DNA of 53,390 nt, filler included, from Jimgerdemannia flammicorona (taxonomy: Eukaryota): the NCBI GenBank assembly GCA_003990765.1. It is 3 parts of 3 records of this genome, joined end to end, with 100 filler letters (N's around TTAATTAATTAA, not from the genome) between each part and the next. Parts side by side here need not be neighbours in the genome. Positions count along the whole stretch, not along the records: positions 1 to 17,733 come from RBNJ01002434.1; positions 17,834 to 35,563 come from RBNJ01002435.1; 1 more part is not named here. One strand, 5' to 3'. Positions 12,145-23,790 of the stretch are shown piece by piece. The notes under the pieces were generated by a model that did no database searches, was not told where the DNA came from, and worked only from the letters and a program-made list of their open reading frames with translations. The position numbers and the translations under genes are program-made. How positions within the stretch are numbered: position 1 is the first letter of the stretch; the number at the start of each line of letters is the position of its first letter.

Positions 12145-12600
12145 TGTTAGGGGAAATGGAACTTGGTGGCAGAGGGGACTATAAAGTGATTGAAAAATGG
12201 AAATGTAATGTAAGGATTGAAAAATGAAAACTTGATAGTAGAGGAAAGAAACCCTTTTTGCAGGGGACAGAGTGAACTTATTGGCAGTAGAGGCAACAGA
12301 AACTTTGGTAGTGAAGAGAATGGAAAATGGAAATTTGATGATATAGAGAAGGAAAACAATAACTTGATAGTGGAAAAAATGGAAAATCAGCAGTGGAGAG
12401 AACAGTGGAGGCAGAAACTTTGTGAAGGGAATAGAATCTTAGCAAAGGAAATAGAAACTTGGCAAAGAGAATGGAAATTTGGCAAAGGAATTGGAAATTT
12501 GGTAAAGGGAATAGAAGGGAATAGAAATAAATTTGACAAAGGGAATAGAAATTTGATGAAGAGAATAAAAATTTGGCAAAGAGAATAGAAACTTATGTAA
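12145..12600. repeat. Degenerate purine-rich repeat (GGAATAGAAATTTGGCAAA-like)
   Basis: Recurring ~20-bp GGAAATTTGG/GAAACTTGG motifs, clearest at 12430-12595. Confidence 0.6.
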
Positions 12601-12715
12601 GTTGAATCTGATTGATCTTATGGCTGAATAGAATGATTTAATAGATATGATGTGTCTTGATAAATGTGACGCACCTTGACACATGTGATATATATATAGC
12701 CTTGAGTGATGGAAG

Positions 12716-12915
12716 TATCCACTTTTTTGATCAAATTTCATCAATCCACTTTTTTTGGTCAAATTTTATCAATCCAATTTTTTTATCAAATATTTCATCA
12801 ATCCAATTTTTTTGGTCAAATTTTTATCATCAATCCAATTTTTTTGATTAAATTCATCACTCTAATTTTTTTGGTCAAATTTTTATCATCAATCCATTTT
12901 TTTTGATCAAATTTC
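12716..12915. repeat. ~30-bp tandem repeat ATCAATCCAATTTTTTTGGTCAAATTTT
   Basis: About 7 imperfect copies, ending where LINE copy 2 begins. Confidence 0.85.
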
Positions 12916-12934
12916 TTGGACCCTGATGATGCGC

Positions 12935-15900
12935 CATATACAAGAGGCAGAGGGAGCTACTGGCAAGTATGGATGGAGGGGAGAAGATGAAGACTGGGGG
13001 CACTGAAAAGTCTAAGGGTGTAGAGGCAAGTGTCTGGGCCAGTAAGGGAGAAGGTGATGTGGAGGAGGGCCTGGGAGGGACTGGGAAGGTACCACACAAA
13101 GACCCATATGCTGATGGTATGTTTGAGATCTGGGAACTGATTTTTGGTAACACTCCCCCTCTGGTCAGACAAGGTCCAACTGCAAGGGGGGGGGGGTGGT
13201 AGAGGATATACTGATAGGGGTGCTCAATGGGTACACTTTGGGATGTCTGACATAATGAAGAGAGGGCAGGTGGTGGCAGTTGGCAAGGATGAGCTGATGG
13301 ATGTCCTGGAGGAGGGGTGGGATGAGACTTCCAGTATAGGGGCAGATACCATGATGCTGGATGCAGGAAGGCTGGGGATGCCTGGAGGGAAGGAGGTGGG
13401 AAACTTGCTGTAAATGAGCAAGATGATAGATAACTTTGCAGCTGAGGAGTTGGGGGAAGTGGACTTAAGATTGATGAGTGAGTAGTATTGGATGAGAGTT
13501 CTGCATAGAGATGGGGTAGTGGAGGCACTGCTGGCAATCATACTGAAGAAGAAGGGTTATGAGGTTAATAAGAAGAGAGAGGCTGAGCTGACAGTCATTG
13601 CTGGTGAGTGGGCTGCTTATTGTTGGGCAGAGCATCATGGTTTGCAACTCTGGTAGGAGGCATGTCTGGAGTATCATGAGGACTTCAAGGAAAAAGAGAA
13701 TGGGAAGATGGCTGAACTTCTGATTAGACTGGAGACAAAGGTAGCTGAAGAGAAGGAACTGGCTGCTGAACACAACCTGGACTTGGTACAGGAGGAGTTG
13801 AATGTAGATTTGTAGAGGATGAGATAGATATTAATATCATTTCTTATGAACAGTACAACATTATCTCTCTAAATGTGAATGGGCTAAGGGGATCTGGGAG
13901 GCATAAGAACATTTTTACTTGGCTTAAGAGATTGAAGACTGATCTCTTCTTACTGTAGGATGTACAGTGTGAGAATGAGGAGGATCAGGTAGAGTGGACT
14001 AGAGAGTGGAGAGAAGCTACTGCTTGGATTGGCAAAGTGGCAATTCTGGTAAGGAGGGGTAGAGGAGATTTGGGTGGAATCAGGAGCTGAGGGAACCATT
14101 TGATCTGGGGCAAATGGCATTGACCTGGGTGGGAACTGGTGAGGGTTGGCTCCTGCTACTGCCCTGTAGCTAGGGGTGAGTATATTGAGTGAGTTAGGGA
14201 TCTTTTGGAGGAGGCTATTCTTTTGGAGGAAGGAGTGGATTTCCTGAGAGGTGACTTTAATATAGTGCAGAATCCACAGTTAGATAGAACTGATTGAGGG
14301 AGGAGTGCAGATGGGAGGAGTGGAGGTCTGGATGTCTGGAAGGAGGTGGAGAACCTTAGCTCCTTGAGAGATATGGAAAGAACATGGTGGGGCAAAAAGA
14401 GAGTTTACACATACTGGGTGAATGAACTGGATATGAGAATTGACTGGATTCTGACTGCCAAATGCTGGGGTGTAGATGTTTGGAGGGCTCTGGAGATGGG
14501 GTGGTGCCTGTGGTCTGATCACTGGGAGCTCTTAGGGCAGAGGCAGTTTGGGGGGAGTAGAGATGGACCCAGACATTAGTGTCTTAACTCCTCTCTGCTG
14601 GCTGAGAATATATTGTGGGACTCATGAGTGGAGGACATCTGAGTGAAGGTGACTAGCTGGATATATAAAGGTTTACCTGTGGGTGTTTGTTGGATGAGGT
14701 TGAAGGAGGCTGTAAGGGTTTATTGGAGAGAAGCTAGTAGGGAGGTTGGGAGGCATAGAAGGAAGAGAGTAAGGTGCTTCTAATAGACTGCTTAGATTTC
14801 AGATGGAGTGGACTGATTTGATTTCTTCTGAAGAGGTGGGGGATTGGAGGTTGGAGTGAGCAAAATTGGAGATAGTGGAGCTGCAACAGATATTGAGAGA
14901 AGAGGAAGAGCTTCATATGAAAGGAATGGCTGCCAGACTAAGGTGGCAGGGGCTTAAGGAAGGGGAGAGGCCTACTAGGTACTTTTCAAGACTTCTCCAA
15001 GCTAGGAGAGTGTGATATCAATGGGATGGGATCCTTGATGCTAAGGGGGAAATGGTGCATGGTATGCAACCAATCTTGGGAGTACTGAAGGAGAGGTAGA
15101 GGGCACTGTGGAGTGAAGAGGAAGGGAGTACAGATGAGGAGGAAATTGGTGATACACTAGAGGAGTAGGAACTACTGCCAGTAGAGGTCCTTGAAGATTT
15201 GATACTGCCAGTCTGAGAGGAGGAGGTCCAGGGAGTCCTGGCAGTGACTAAGCTTGGAACAGCACCAGGAGAGGATTGGCTACCTTGGGACTTTTGGAAG
15301 AAGATGGTAAAGGTCCCTGGAGTGTTAGGAGAGATGGCATCCCTCTGTGACCATGTTCTTCTAAATGGCAAATGGGTTGGAGAGCATGACTTAGGGCTGG
15401 TGGCCTTGTTGTATAAAGACAAGGGAAGGAGGGAGGATTGGAAGAACTGGAGGCTGATCATACTTCTGGATATGGACAGAAAGATAGTGACCAAGGTAAT
15501 TGTTGCAAGGCTACAGAAGGTTGCCCAACAGGTGCTGGGAGAGGAGCAGAAAGGCTTTGTTAGAGACAGGCTTATCAGAGATAGGACTGCCTGGGTTCAT
15601 GACATTATTGAAGGAGCAAGGGCTTGCAGATTGGATGGGAGACTGGTCGTTTTGGACCAGGAAAAGGCCTATGACCATGTTTAACAGATGTGGCTAGGCA
15701 AGGTGCTAGATAGAATTGGTATTCCTCCATGATTTCGAGCTTCTATGTTGAATCTGTTGGAGGGAAGTAGGGCAGCACTGATGTGTAATGGTCACTGAGG
15801 TCTGGCATTCCCCTTGGGAAGAGGAGTTCCTCAGGGAGACCCACTGTCTCCTATCCTCTATGCTCTTTCATTAGAACCTTTGATAGATAGAATCTGACAG

Positions 15901-16597
15901 AAGATGGTAGGGCTCTCTGTATATAGTATAGTGTGGAAGGTGGGGGCCTTTGCACATAATATTGTAGTTGGACTTGGTTCAGTGGCAGATGTGGAGGTAC
16001 TTCAGGAGACAGTGGAATGATATGAGGTGCACTCTAGGGAAAACCTCAACTAGCATAAGTGTGAGACAATGGTGCTGGGGAATGGGCTAGTGGGAGGGGA
16101 AATCATTGGAACAATTGTCCCTACAGGAGAGGCAGTGAGATATCTGGGCATCTTCCTCTCTGTATATGGTTCTGTCTTACCACAAGTGTGGTGAGAGAGG
16201 AGGGTGGCCATTTGGGGGGAGGCTCTTAGAGGTTGGGGAGGTCACCACATCTTTCTAGCAGGTTGGGTATTGATCCTGAATATCTACTGGTTTCCCAAGC
16301 TATGGTATATTGCTTATCATTTGGACTTTTCAGCTTGGGTGGTGAAGAGACTGATGAAACTGGCTAGAGATTGGATTTGGGCAGGGAGGTGGTCCCAGAT
16401 TAGTTGGAATACTCTTACAATACTGGTGGTTTGGGGAGGACTAGGCCTAGTAGATTTTTCTAAGCAGCTGTATTGTCTGCAAGCTTGGTGGTTGAAAAGA
16501 GCTGTTGAATTGCAGGGAGGGAGTTGGGTACCTCTGATGCAGAAGGTGTGGGACATGAGATTCTCCCCATGAGGGTCCAAAGACTGTCTGCTGTGAA
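12935..16597 (+). mobile_element. L1/Tx1-type LINE copy 2, truncated at both ends and heavily mutated
   Basis: Starts mid-ORF1 (homologous to KRQKELLA of copy 1). ORF2 ATG at 13846. APGEDWLPWDFWKK, DQEKAYDHV and GVPQGDPLSP motifs. Ends abruptly after the RT with no poly(A). Confidence 0.92.
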
Positions 16598-17733
16598 CTA
16601 GACCATCTTGGTGGACTCTTCAATGTCCCAACCTAGGTGGTCAATTGCCTTCTTGCTCATGAGACATCCTCCAGCACCAGTATCAATGATGGCATCAAAG
16701 ATACAGTCTTCAATCTGGCAGGGGGTATAGGCTGATGTCTTGCGCTGGTCTTCGGATTCTTCATCTGAGTTCTCAGATTCTTCTTGTACATTGTGAGCTT
16801 TTACAATCTTGTACTCTTGATTCTTGACAGTAGTTGCAAGTCCTACTCTCAACTGCTGTCTGAAGGCAGGGACTTCAGCTAGCTGCCCAAAAGTGGCATT
16901 TACCTTCTGTTCCTTAAGGTCCTTGTAGATGTCATACTGGTGGATCTTGGTCTTGCGCAGCTTCTGTTCCTTCTTGCTCTCGCTTTCTCCTGAGACTGGA
17001 GTAGTGCCTTCAATAATTTGGCAGGCAGCCTCATCTAACTCCATATCTTGATCAATCTCCTCGTGTTGGGTCTTGCTTTGAATAGTGACAGCTGGAGTCT
17101 TCTTTGGTCTTCCAACTGGCTTGCTGTTGCTCTTCTTGTCATAGGGCTTGGACCAGGTTCTGGTACCTTCAGTAGCAGGGTAGAATTCGAGCTCCTCATA
17201 GTATTCTTCATCATCAGTATCACTGATCTCCTCGATGACTACTGCATTGGTTTGTTCTCTGGTTCTGCTAGCATTGCTTGGTGGGTTTTCTGTCTTGTTT
17301 CGGTCATGCAATTCTTTGCATAGTGGCCTTCTTCTCCACATCTGAAGCATGTGATATTATTGTGTTCTTCTGTAGCAGCTGCAAATCTCTGCACTGGTCT
17401 CCTGTTGGTGCTTCGGACTTCTCTAACAATATCACCAAGGTGTGCAGTCATCTCGGTGAACTGCTTGGCAAGTTCTTCCACAGGGTCAGCTTTGGCTGTC
17501 TTGGGAGTAGGTGGGGTTGGTTGTCTGTTTACAACTGTGGCAGGTAAGATACTAGTTGGCTTTGATGGCTCCATCTTGATGCCAGTTATTTTCTCCATTG
17601 AGTGTTCGGCAGGGTGTCTGGCAGTCCAATATCTCTGTGCAAAGACCACTTTCTGATCAAGGGTCAGTGCAGCTGGGGTAGACCGGATTGCTAGGGCAAT
17701 TTCAGGGTGAACTCCTTTGAGGAAGGTTGAATC
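16598..17733 (-). mobile_element. Ty3/gypsy-like LTR retrotransposon fragment (Gag zinc knuckle and aspartic protease)
   Basis: CFRCGEEGHYAKNC knuckle and AIIDTGAGGCLMS protease motif. Cut by the gap on the 5' side and by the LINE junction on the 3' side. Confidence 0.85.
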
Positions 17734-17833
17734 NNNNNNNNNNNNNNNNNNNNNNNNNNNNNNNNNNNNNNNNNNNNTTAATTAATTAANNNNNNNNNNN
17801 NNNNNNNNNNNNNNNNNNNNNNNNNNNNNNNNN
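17734..17833. other. Assembly spacer (44 N, TTAATTAATTAA, 44 N)
   Basis: Fixed 100-bp six-frame-stop linker; identical at 35564-35663. Confidence 0.97.
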
Positions 17834-17879
17834 AAAAAAAAAAAAAAAATGACACCAACACTTACATCCCTCTGCCCCA

Positions 17880-19400
17880 CGGGCACGGCCTACCAGAAGG
17901 CTGGGCGGATCAAAAAAGCGAAGGATCATGGCCCTGGCGTTATGGTTTCTGATGGGCTGGTAACCAGCGGCCTGCGGAGACCCACAAGGCCATCGCGCCA
18001 ATGCAGTGCCGTCAACAGATTTGAGTGTCGGGGAGACCAAAGTGTGACGACCCTCTGTGTTGGGCTTGAAAACTGAACGGAAGAATAGGATTGGGGTTGA
18101 AAACCAAATTCTTCCTAAATAAACGACCGAGGAATAACAATGAATACAAACCTCCTTAACCGCTTTCATATAAACCCTACCAACGGCCACCTGCTCAGCC
18201 TCACACCAAGCACACAGCCTCGACGAGCTGCTTGATAAGGTCGCCAACCTCCTGCCCGAATCTGCCGTACTGCGCCAGGAGTGTCACACAAAGCTTGATA
18301 TCAAACACAGTCAGTGTGACAAGCCTCATAAGCGTACCCAGGGTGGTCTACCCAGCGTGGCAAGCCTCGTGAGTGTACCCAGGGAGGTCTACCTAGCGTG
18401 ACGAGTCTCATGAGCGTACCAAAGATGGTGTTGAAGTGGAAGAATTTGGTAGAGAGATCGGTGTCTGGGTCAGCAGCGTTCGTTGCATCTGTGAAACAAT
18501 GAACCGTGAGTGTTAAATCATCTGCTTCCTCCTACGAATCCACATCAAGGACAAAACATGACCTCACAAACCCCACCTTTATCCCGTTGTTGTCTTCTTC
18601 TTGTTACTCTCCCTCCGCTCCTACCTCTCATCCCCACTGCTCAACCCATTCTTATCGCCAGCTCACCCCTTACCCACCTCAAACCTGTCCGCCCACCACC
18701 TGATCCCGGCTTTGATCAGCACCGTATACCGCTCCTGCACCGCCCTCAGGGAGGTCAAGTGCATATTTGGTGAGTCGGGTGACCAAAACAGGTTGTTCGA
18801 GAAGAGCCAATAGACAAATAGGTGTCACTGAGGTCCCTGAATGGAAGACGAGGAGGGTGCCCACAAATGTAAACATGCCAGTTATCTGATTCTTGCCCTC
18901 CCCCCCGCCACTGCGAAGACAAAAAAAAAAAAGGAAAACCCACCGCCCTCTTTGCCACCCCCACAACTCAGACTCAGACCCCGCTCCTGATGGCCAGTTC
19001 GGTGAAATTGTCGAGAGCCCAGTCGTGGCGCTCCTTGAGCTTGGATGGCGCGGCACATCTGTGTTGATGCTTGAAATGACCATCTGCAATGAGTGGAAAT
19101 TCATTAGCAATCAGAAACCCACAAGGCTGCGCCAATCAAAAGCGAATTCAAAGCCACACCTGTTTCTCCGCCTCCTCATACCTTAACCCTCCCTTATCGA
19201 CGAGACTGCTGATGAGCTGTATGACCTGCTCACCCTCGACGTGACCCGCTTGAAAGGAGCAGCTTGGTGCTGCCCATAATGGCGATGAGGTGCTCGATAC
19301 GGGAGACGGCACCACTGAGGGAGCGGAGCCAGTCGTCTGCAAATTGGGCCACTGGGACGCCCTGTAGAATAATGGGAGGGAGAATGACAGATAATATAAA
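17880..19400 (+). pseudogene. Possible TCP11/SOK1-like gene remnant (copy A)
   Basis: Ordered peptides NRFECRGDQSV, SLDELLDKVANLLPESAVLRQECHTKLDI and YDLLTLDVTRL resemble TCP11-domain blocks from memory. GTGAGT donor at ~18506. Frameshifted. Confidence 0.35.
18312..18425 (+). repeat. 41-bp tandem repeat, ~2.7 copies
   Basis: Unit CAGCGTGACGAGCCTCATGAGCGTACCCAGGGTGGTCTACC starting at 18312, 18353 and 18394. Confidence 0.88.
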
Positions 19401-20433
19401 AGACTGTATACATTCACAGTCCGAAACACACACACAGCCGCTCAGACATGACCAATTCTACACATTTTAACCTTCCGAGGATCTCCTCATTTGTGGCGCT
19501 CAAGCTCTCGACCTGCGCTGCGGCATGCAGGGTTCATACGACACACTGGGTGAGGTATGTTTGAGATTCTTGCGACATCGTCTAGAAGAGCATGCGGAAG
19601 TCGAGATAGACGGAGATTCATGAGCTGCGGGACGGTGATTATTTCGGCACTAAGCGCCGCTTCTGGGGAGTATTTAGTTAGGAGGAGTATCTTCACATTA
19701 TGGCGTGAGAGTCTCCGCGATCTGCGTGTGTGTCCGGGGAGAAGGAAGAGGAAGGAACAGGAGGTGGGTATCGAATTCGTTATACTCTGTTCCGCATCCA
19801 CGCGGTTCGTAACCCACACGACCTGCAAAGCAACGCACCTTCTTCAATAAGACTAGATCAGTTTGGGATAAACGTGATTTCAAATACCGACTTGTCGATG
19901 GCGATATATAGCAACCGGCAAGCGCACTCAAAAACGCAAACACTGCTGACGATAACGACGGAGTAGGACTGCCTGAGAGAAGTATATAAGAACGACGATA
20001 GCCAGCATGGCAGCATTACAGAAACCACCCGTATTTAAAAGACTGAGCAGTTTCGAAGAGACGTCTACGATGATTTGTAGCTTAAACAACAGGTGTTTGG
20101 TTGAAGCCGAGGGCAAAGGCGTGAGGTCCTCCCAGCAAATTACGAACGTTATGCTGGAAACAGGTGGCTTAGGCGAAATTGACGCGTCCCCAAATTGGAC
20201 CGAGTGACCCAAACATTACGCGCCGAGACATCGGAAAAGAGTATATACGTGGAGGTCTATGTGAAGGAATTCAAAAAGGATATGTGGAATCGTAAGGACA
20301 GGCCACGCAAATTATTTTCTAGTAGAAATTTTGTATAAATAGTGGATTTCATTAACTGTAATAAAGCTTAGTCTTGAACTATCGAAGGGTCCCTTTACTT
20401 TGTGGAACCGTGACGTTGCATAATATATACACA

Positions 20434-22727
20434 GCTGGGAGGACCTCAGCATCAACTAAACACGTGTGTTGTTTAAGCTACAAGTCATCATAGAGTCTCT
20501 TCGAAACTGCCCAGTCTTTTTAATATGGGTGGTTTCTGTATGCCGCGGTGCTGGCTTTCGTCGTTCTTGCTTCTCTCAGGCAGTCCTTCTCCGTCAGCAG
20601 TGGTTGCGTTTTCGTAGTGCGCTTGCCGGTTGCTATATATCACCATCAACAAGTCGGCATTTGAATCGCGTTTATCCCAAACTGATCTAGTCTTATTGAG
20701 GAAGGTGCGTTGCTTTGTGTGGGTTACGGACCGGGACGAGGTAGGGGTGTTGTGGGTTTGTGGCGCGTGTGGATGCAGAACAGGGTATAACGAATTCGAG
20801 ACTCACCTCCTGCTCCTTCCTCACCATCCCGCAGCTCATGAATATCCGTCTCTCTTGGCTTCCGCATGCTCTTCTAGATGACGTTGCAAGAATCTCAAAC
20901 ATACCTCACCCAGTGTGTCGTATGAACCCTGCATGCCGTCGAGAGCTTGAGCACCACAAATGAGGAGGTCCTCGGAAGGTTGAAATATGTGGAATTGGTG
21001 GGTGTCATGTCTGAGTGGCTGTGTGTGTGTTTCGGACTGTGAATGTATGCATAATCCTTCATTCTCCCTCCCATTATTCTACAGGACATCCCAATGGCCC
21101 AATTTACAGACGACCAGCTCCACTCCCTCAGCGGTGCCTTTCCCGTATCGAGCACCTCATCACCATTATGGACGGCACCAAACTGCTCCCTCCAAGAGGG
21201 TGACGTCAAGGGTGAGCAGGCCGTGCAGCTCATCAGCAATCTCGTCGATAAGGGAGGATTGAGGTATGAGGAGGAGAAACAAGCGCGGCTTTAGATTTGT
21301 TTTTGATTGGCGCATTGCCTTGTTGGTTTCCGATTGCTAATGAATTTCCACTCATTTTTCAAGCATCAACACTCTTCGCCAGATGTGCCACACCATCCAA
21401 GCTCAAGGAGCGCCGCGACTGGGCTCTCGGCAATTTCACCGAACTGGCCATCGGGAGCGGGGTCTGAGAATGGGTCGTGGGGGTGGCAAAGAGGGTGGTG
21501 AGTTTTTTTTTTTTTTTTTATTTTTTATTTGGTCTTTGCAGTAGCGGGAGGGGGCAAGAATTGAATAACTGTCATGTTTACATTTGTGGGCACCCTCCTC
21601 GTCTTCATATTCTCCGGCATTCAGGGACCTCAGTTACACCTATTGGCTCTTCTCGAACGGCTTGTTCCAGTCACCCGATTCACCAAATATGCACTTGACC
21701 TCCCTGCAGACGAGCAGGAGCGGTATATGGTGCTGGTCGAAGCCAGGATCAGGTGGTGGCAGACAGTCTGAGGTGGGTGAGGGGCGAGCTGGCGATAAGA
21801 GTGGGGGGAGCAGTGGGGACGAGAGGTAGGAGCAGAGGGATAGTAGCAAGAAGATGACAACAACGGGATAAAGGTGGGGTTTGTGAGGGTCATGTTTTTT
21901 CCTTGATGTGGGTTCGTAGGAGGTAGATTATTTAACACTCACGGTTCATTGCTCCACAGAGGCAACAAACGCCACTGACCCAGACACCGATCTCTCTACT
22001 AAATTCTTCCACTTCAAGACCATCCTGAGAACGCTCTTGGGGCTCGTCACGTTGGGTAGACCACCCTGGGTATGCTCATGAGGCTTGTCACGCTGGGTAG
22101 ACCACCCTGGGTCGCTCATGAGGCTCGTCACGCCAGGTAGACCACCCTGGGTATGCTCATGAGACTCATCATGCTGGGTAGACCACGCTGGGTACGCTCA
22201 TGAGACTCGTCACGCTGGTTAGACCACCCTGGGTACGCTTATGAGGCTCGTTACGCTGGCCGTGTATGATGTCAAGCATTGCGTGGCACTCCTGGCGCAG
22301 TACGGCAGATTCGGGCAGGAGGTTGACGACCTCATCAAGCAGCTCGTCAAGGCTGTGCGCTTGGTCAGAGGCCGAGCAGGTGGCCGTTTGTAAGGTTTAA
22401 ATGAAAACGGTTAAGGAGGTTTGTATTCATTGTCATTCTTCGGTCATTTATATAGGAAGAATTTGGTTCTCAACCCCAATCCTATTCTTCTGTACAGTCC
22501 TTCGAGTTCTACAGGAGGGCAGTCACACTTTGGTCCACCCGACGCTCAAATCCGTTGACGGCGCTGCGCTGGTGCGATGGCCTCATGGGTCTCTGCAGGC
22601 CGCTGGCTACCAGCTCATCAACCATAATGCCAGAATCATGATCCTTCGCTTTGTTAGATCCTCCCAGCCTTCTTGTACGCCGTGCCCGTGTGGCAGAGGG
22701 ATGCGGGAAAGATGTAAGTGTTGGTGT

Positions 22728-22758
<31 letters not shown>
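20434..22758 (-). repeat. Right arm of the inverted duplication
   Basis: Reverse complement of 17834-20136 with substitutions and indels. Confidence 0.93.
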
Positions 22759-23790
22759 GAGAGGGTGGGAGGGAGAGATGCTCTGGTGGGTGTGAGACGT
22801 GTTTAAGGATTGAGCTGTCGATAGGTGCTTGGTGGTGATAGAGTTCTCGAGAATTAGTATGTTGGGTTGTTTTTGGGTTTAATGTGCTTTATTTCACCTT
22901 TTCATCGTAGATCGAAGCATCTCGAGGGTGCTATCCAAGAACACTCAATTAACATTTTAGAGGGATCAAAGGATAGGGATCCGTATTATTTATACCTGTA
23001 AAACTCAGAGAAAATCGTTATAATTTGGTAAAGATCTCTTTGTCTACAATAGAACATTTCCTTTTTTGACATGTTTATATTCATGATCACACCATTCATT
23101 CACAATCATTTTATATGATCCCCCCTCCACCTCCCGATGCGCCACAAACTGACTGCCGCTGTTAGCTTCGATGACGAAGAAGACGATGAGCCTGGCGCTG
23201 GCGCGGCGATGCCGACCTGCACCGAGTGTAAATCCACGGCCGCCAAGACCTGGGGATCCGCGTGGCGCCCGGGCGGCAGTCGCCCTCGGATGATGATGGG
23301 CAATGGCTTGTCCTTGCACCCGACAAGGATGACAGTTCGGATTGCCAAGTAAGTGGAGGAAGTAGATGCATCTTGCAGATCCAGGCGCTAGGAAGGATGT
23401 GGCTGATGAGGGCCCGTCAGGTGCAGAAAATGAAAAGGAGGGTCGAAGTGCATCCAGTTCAGCAGAGGGCTCGGAGGAGGAGAGAAGGAGGCCCGGAAGA
23501 GGAAGAAGCCGAATCGGAAAAGGAGTGGCAGTCTGAACAACGAAGTTGGATGGGAGCAGGAAGGGGAGCTGGCTTGGTCGGGGCGACGGCGATGCACGCG
23601 AGGACGGGCCGCAGTCACCGAATTTAGTGTCTGCAACTTCATCACCTCGGCATACCGAGAATGCAAGCTGCTATACTTGGAGATTGCTAGTGACAACGAA
23701 GAGGGAGAGGGGAGACCGGATGCGAAGAGTTCGTCGCTGGACATGATGAGGGTGGGTCGGATCCATGACTGAGAGGACAAAAGAGCATGA
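21050..23790 (-). pseudogene. Possible TCP11/SOK1-like gene remnant (copy B, with upstream exons)
   Basis: GIMVDELVASG...GFERRVDQSV and LHGLLTLDVT...WREQFGAV. Upstream coding-like segments MSSDELFASG... and LAIRTVILVGCKDKPLPIII... Confidence 0.35.
22030..22260 (-). repeat. 41-bp tandem repeat, ~5.6 copies
   Basis: Same unit as 18312-18425 in inverted orientation. Confidence 0.9.

Larger units (their letters stand above)
17834..20136 (+). repeat. Left arm of a ~2.3-kb diverged inverted duplication
   Basis: Colinear with the reverse complement of 20434-22758, e.g. ATGACACCAACACTTACATC at the outer end and TGAGGTCCTCCCAGC at the inner end. Confidence 0.93.

Noticed and set aside
12217..12588. 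123-aa Lys/Glu/Gly-rich ORF
   Set aside because: Translation of a purine-rich low-complexity repeat.
17778..17789. Palindrome TTAATTAATTAA as a biological site (e.g. piggyBac TTAA)
   Set aside because: It is centred in a fixed N spacer and repeated at 35608-35619, so it is an assembly linker. Adjacency across these gaps is not proven.
17834..22758. Inverted arms as TIRs of a Foldback/MULE transposon
   Set aside because: The arms contain exon/intron-like gene sequence that continues beyond the right arm; no TSD or transposase is visible.
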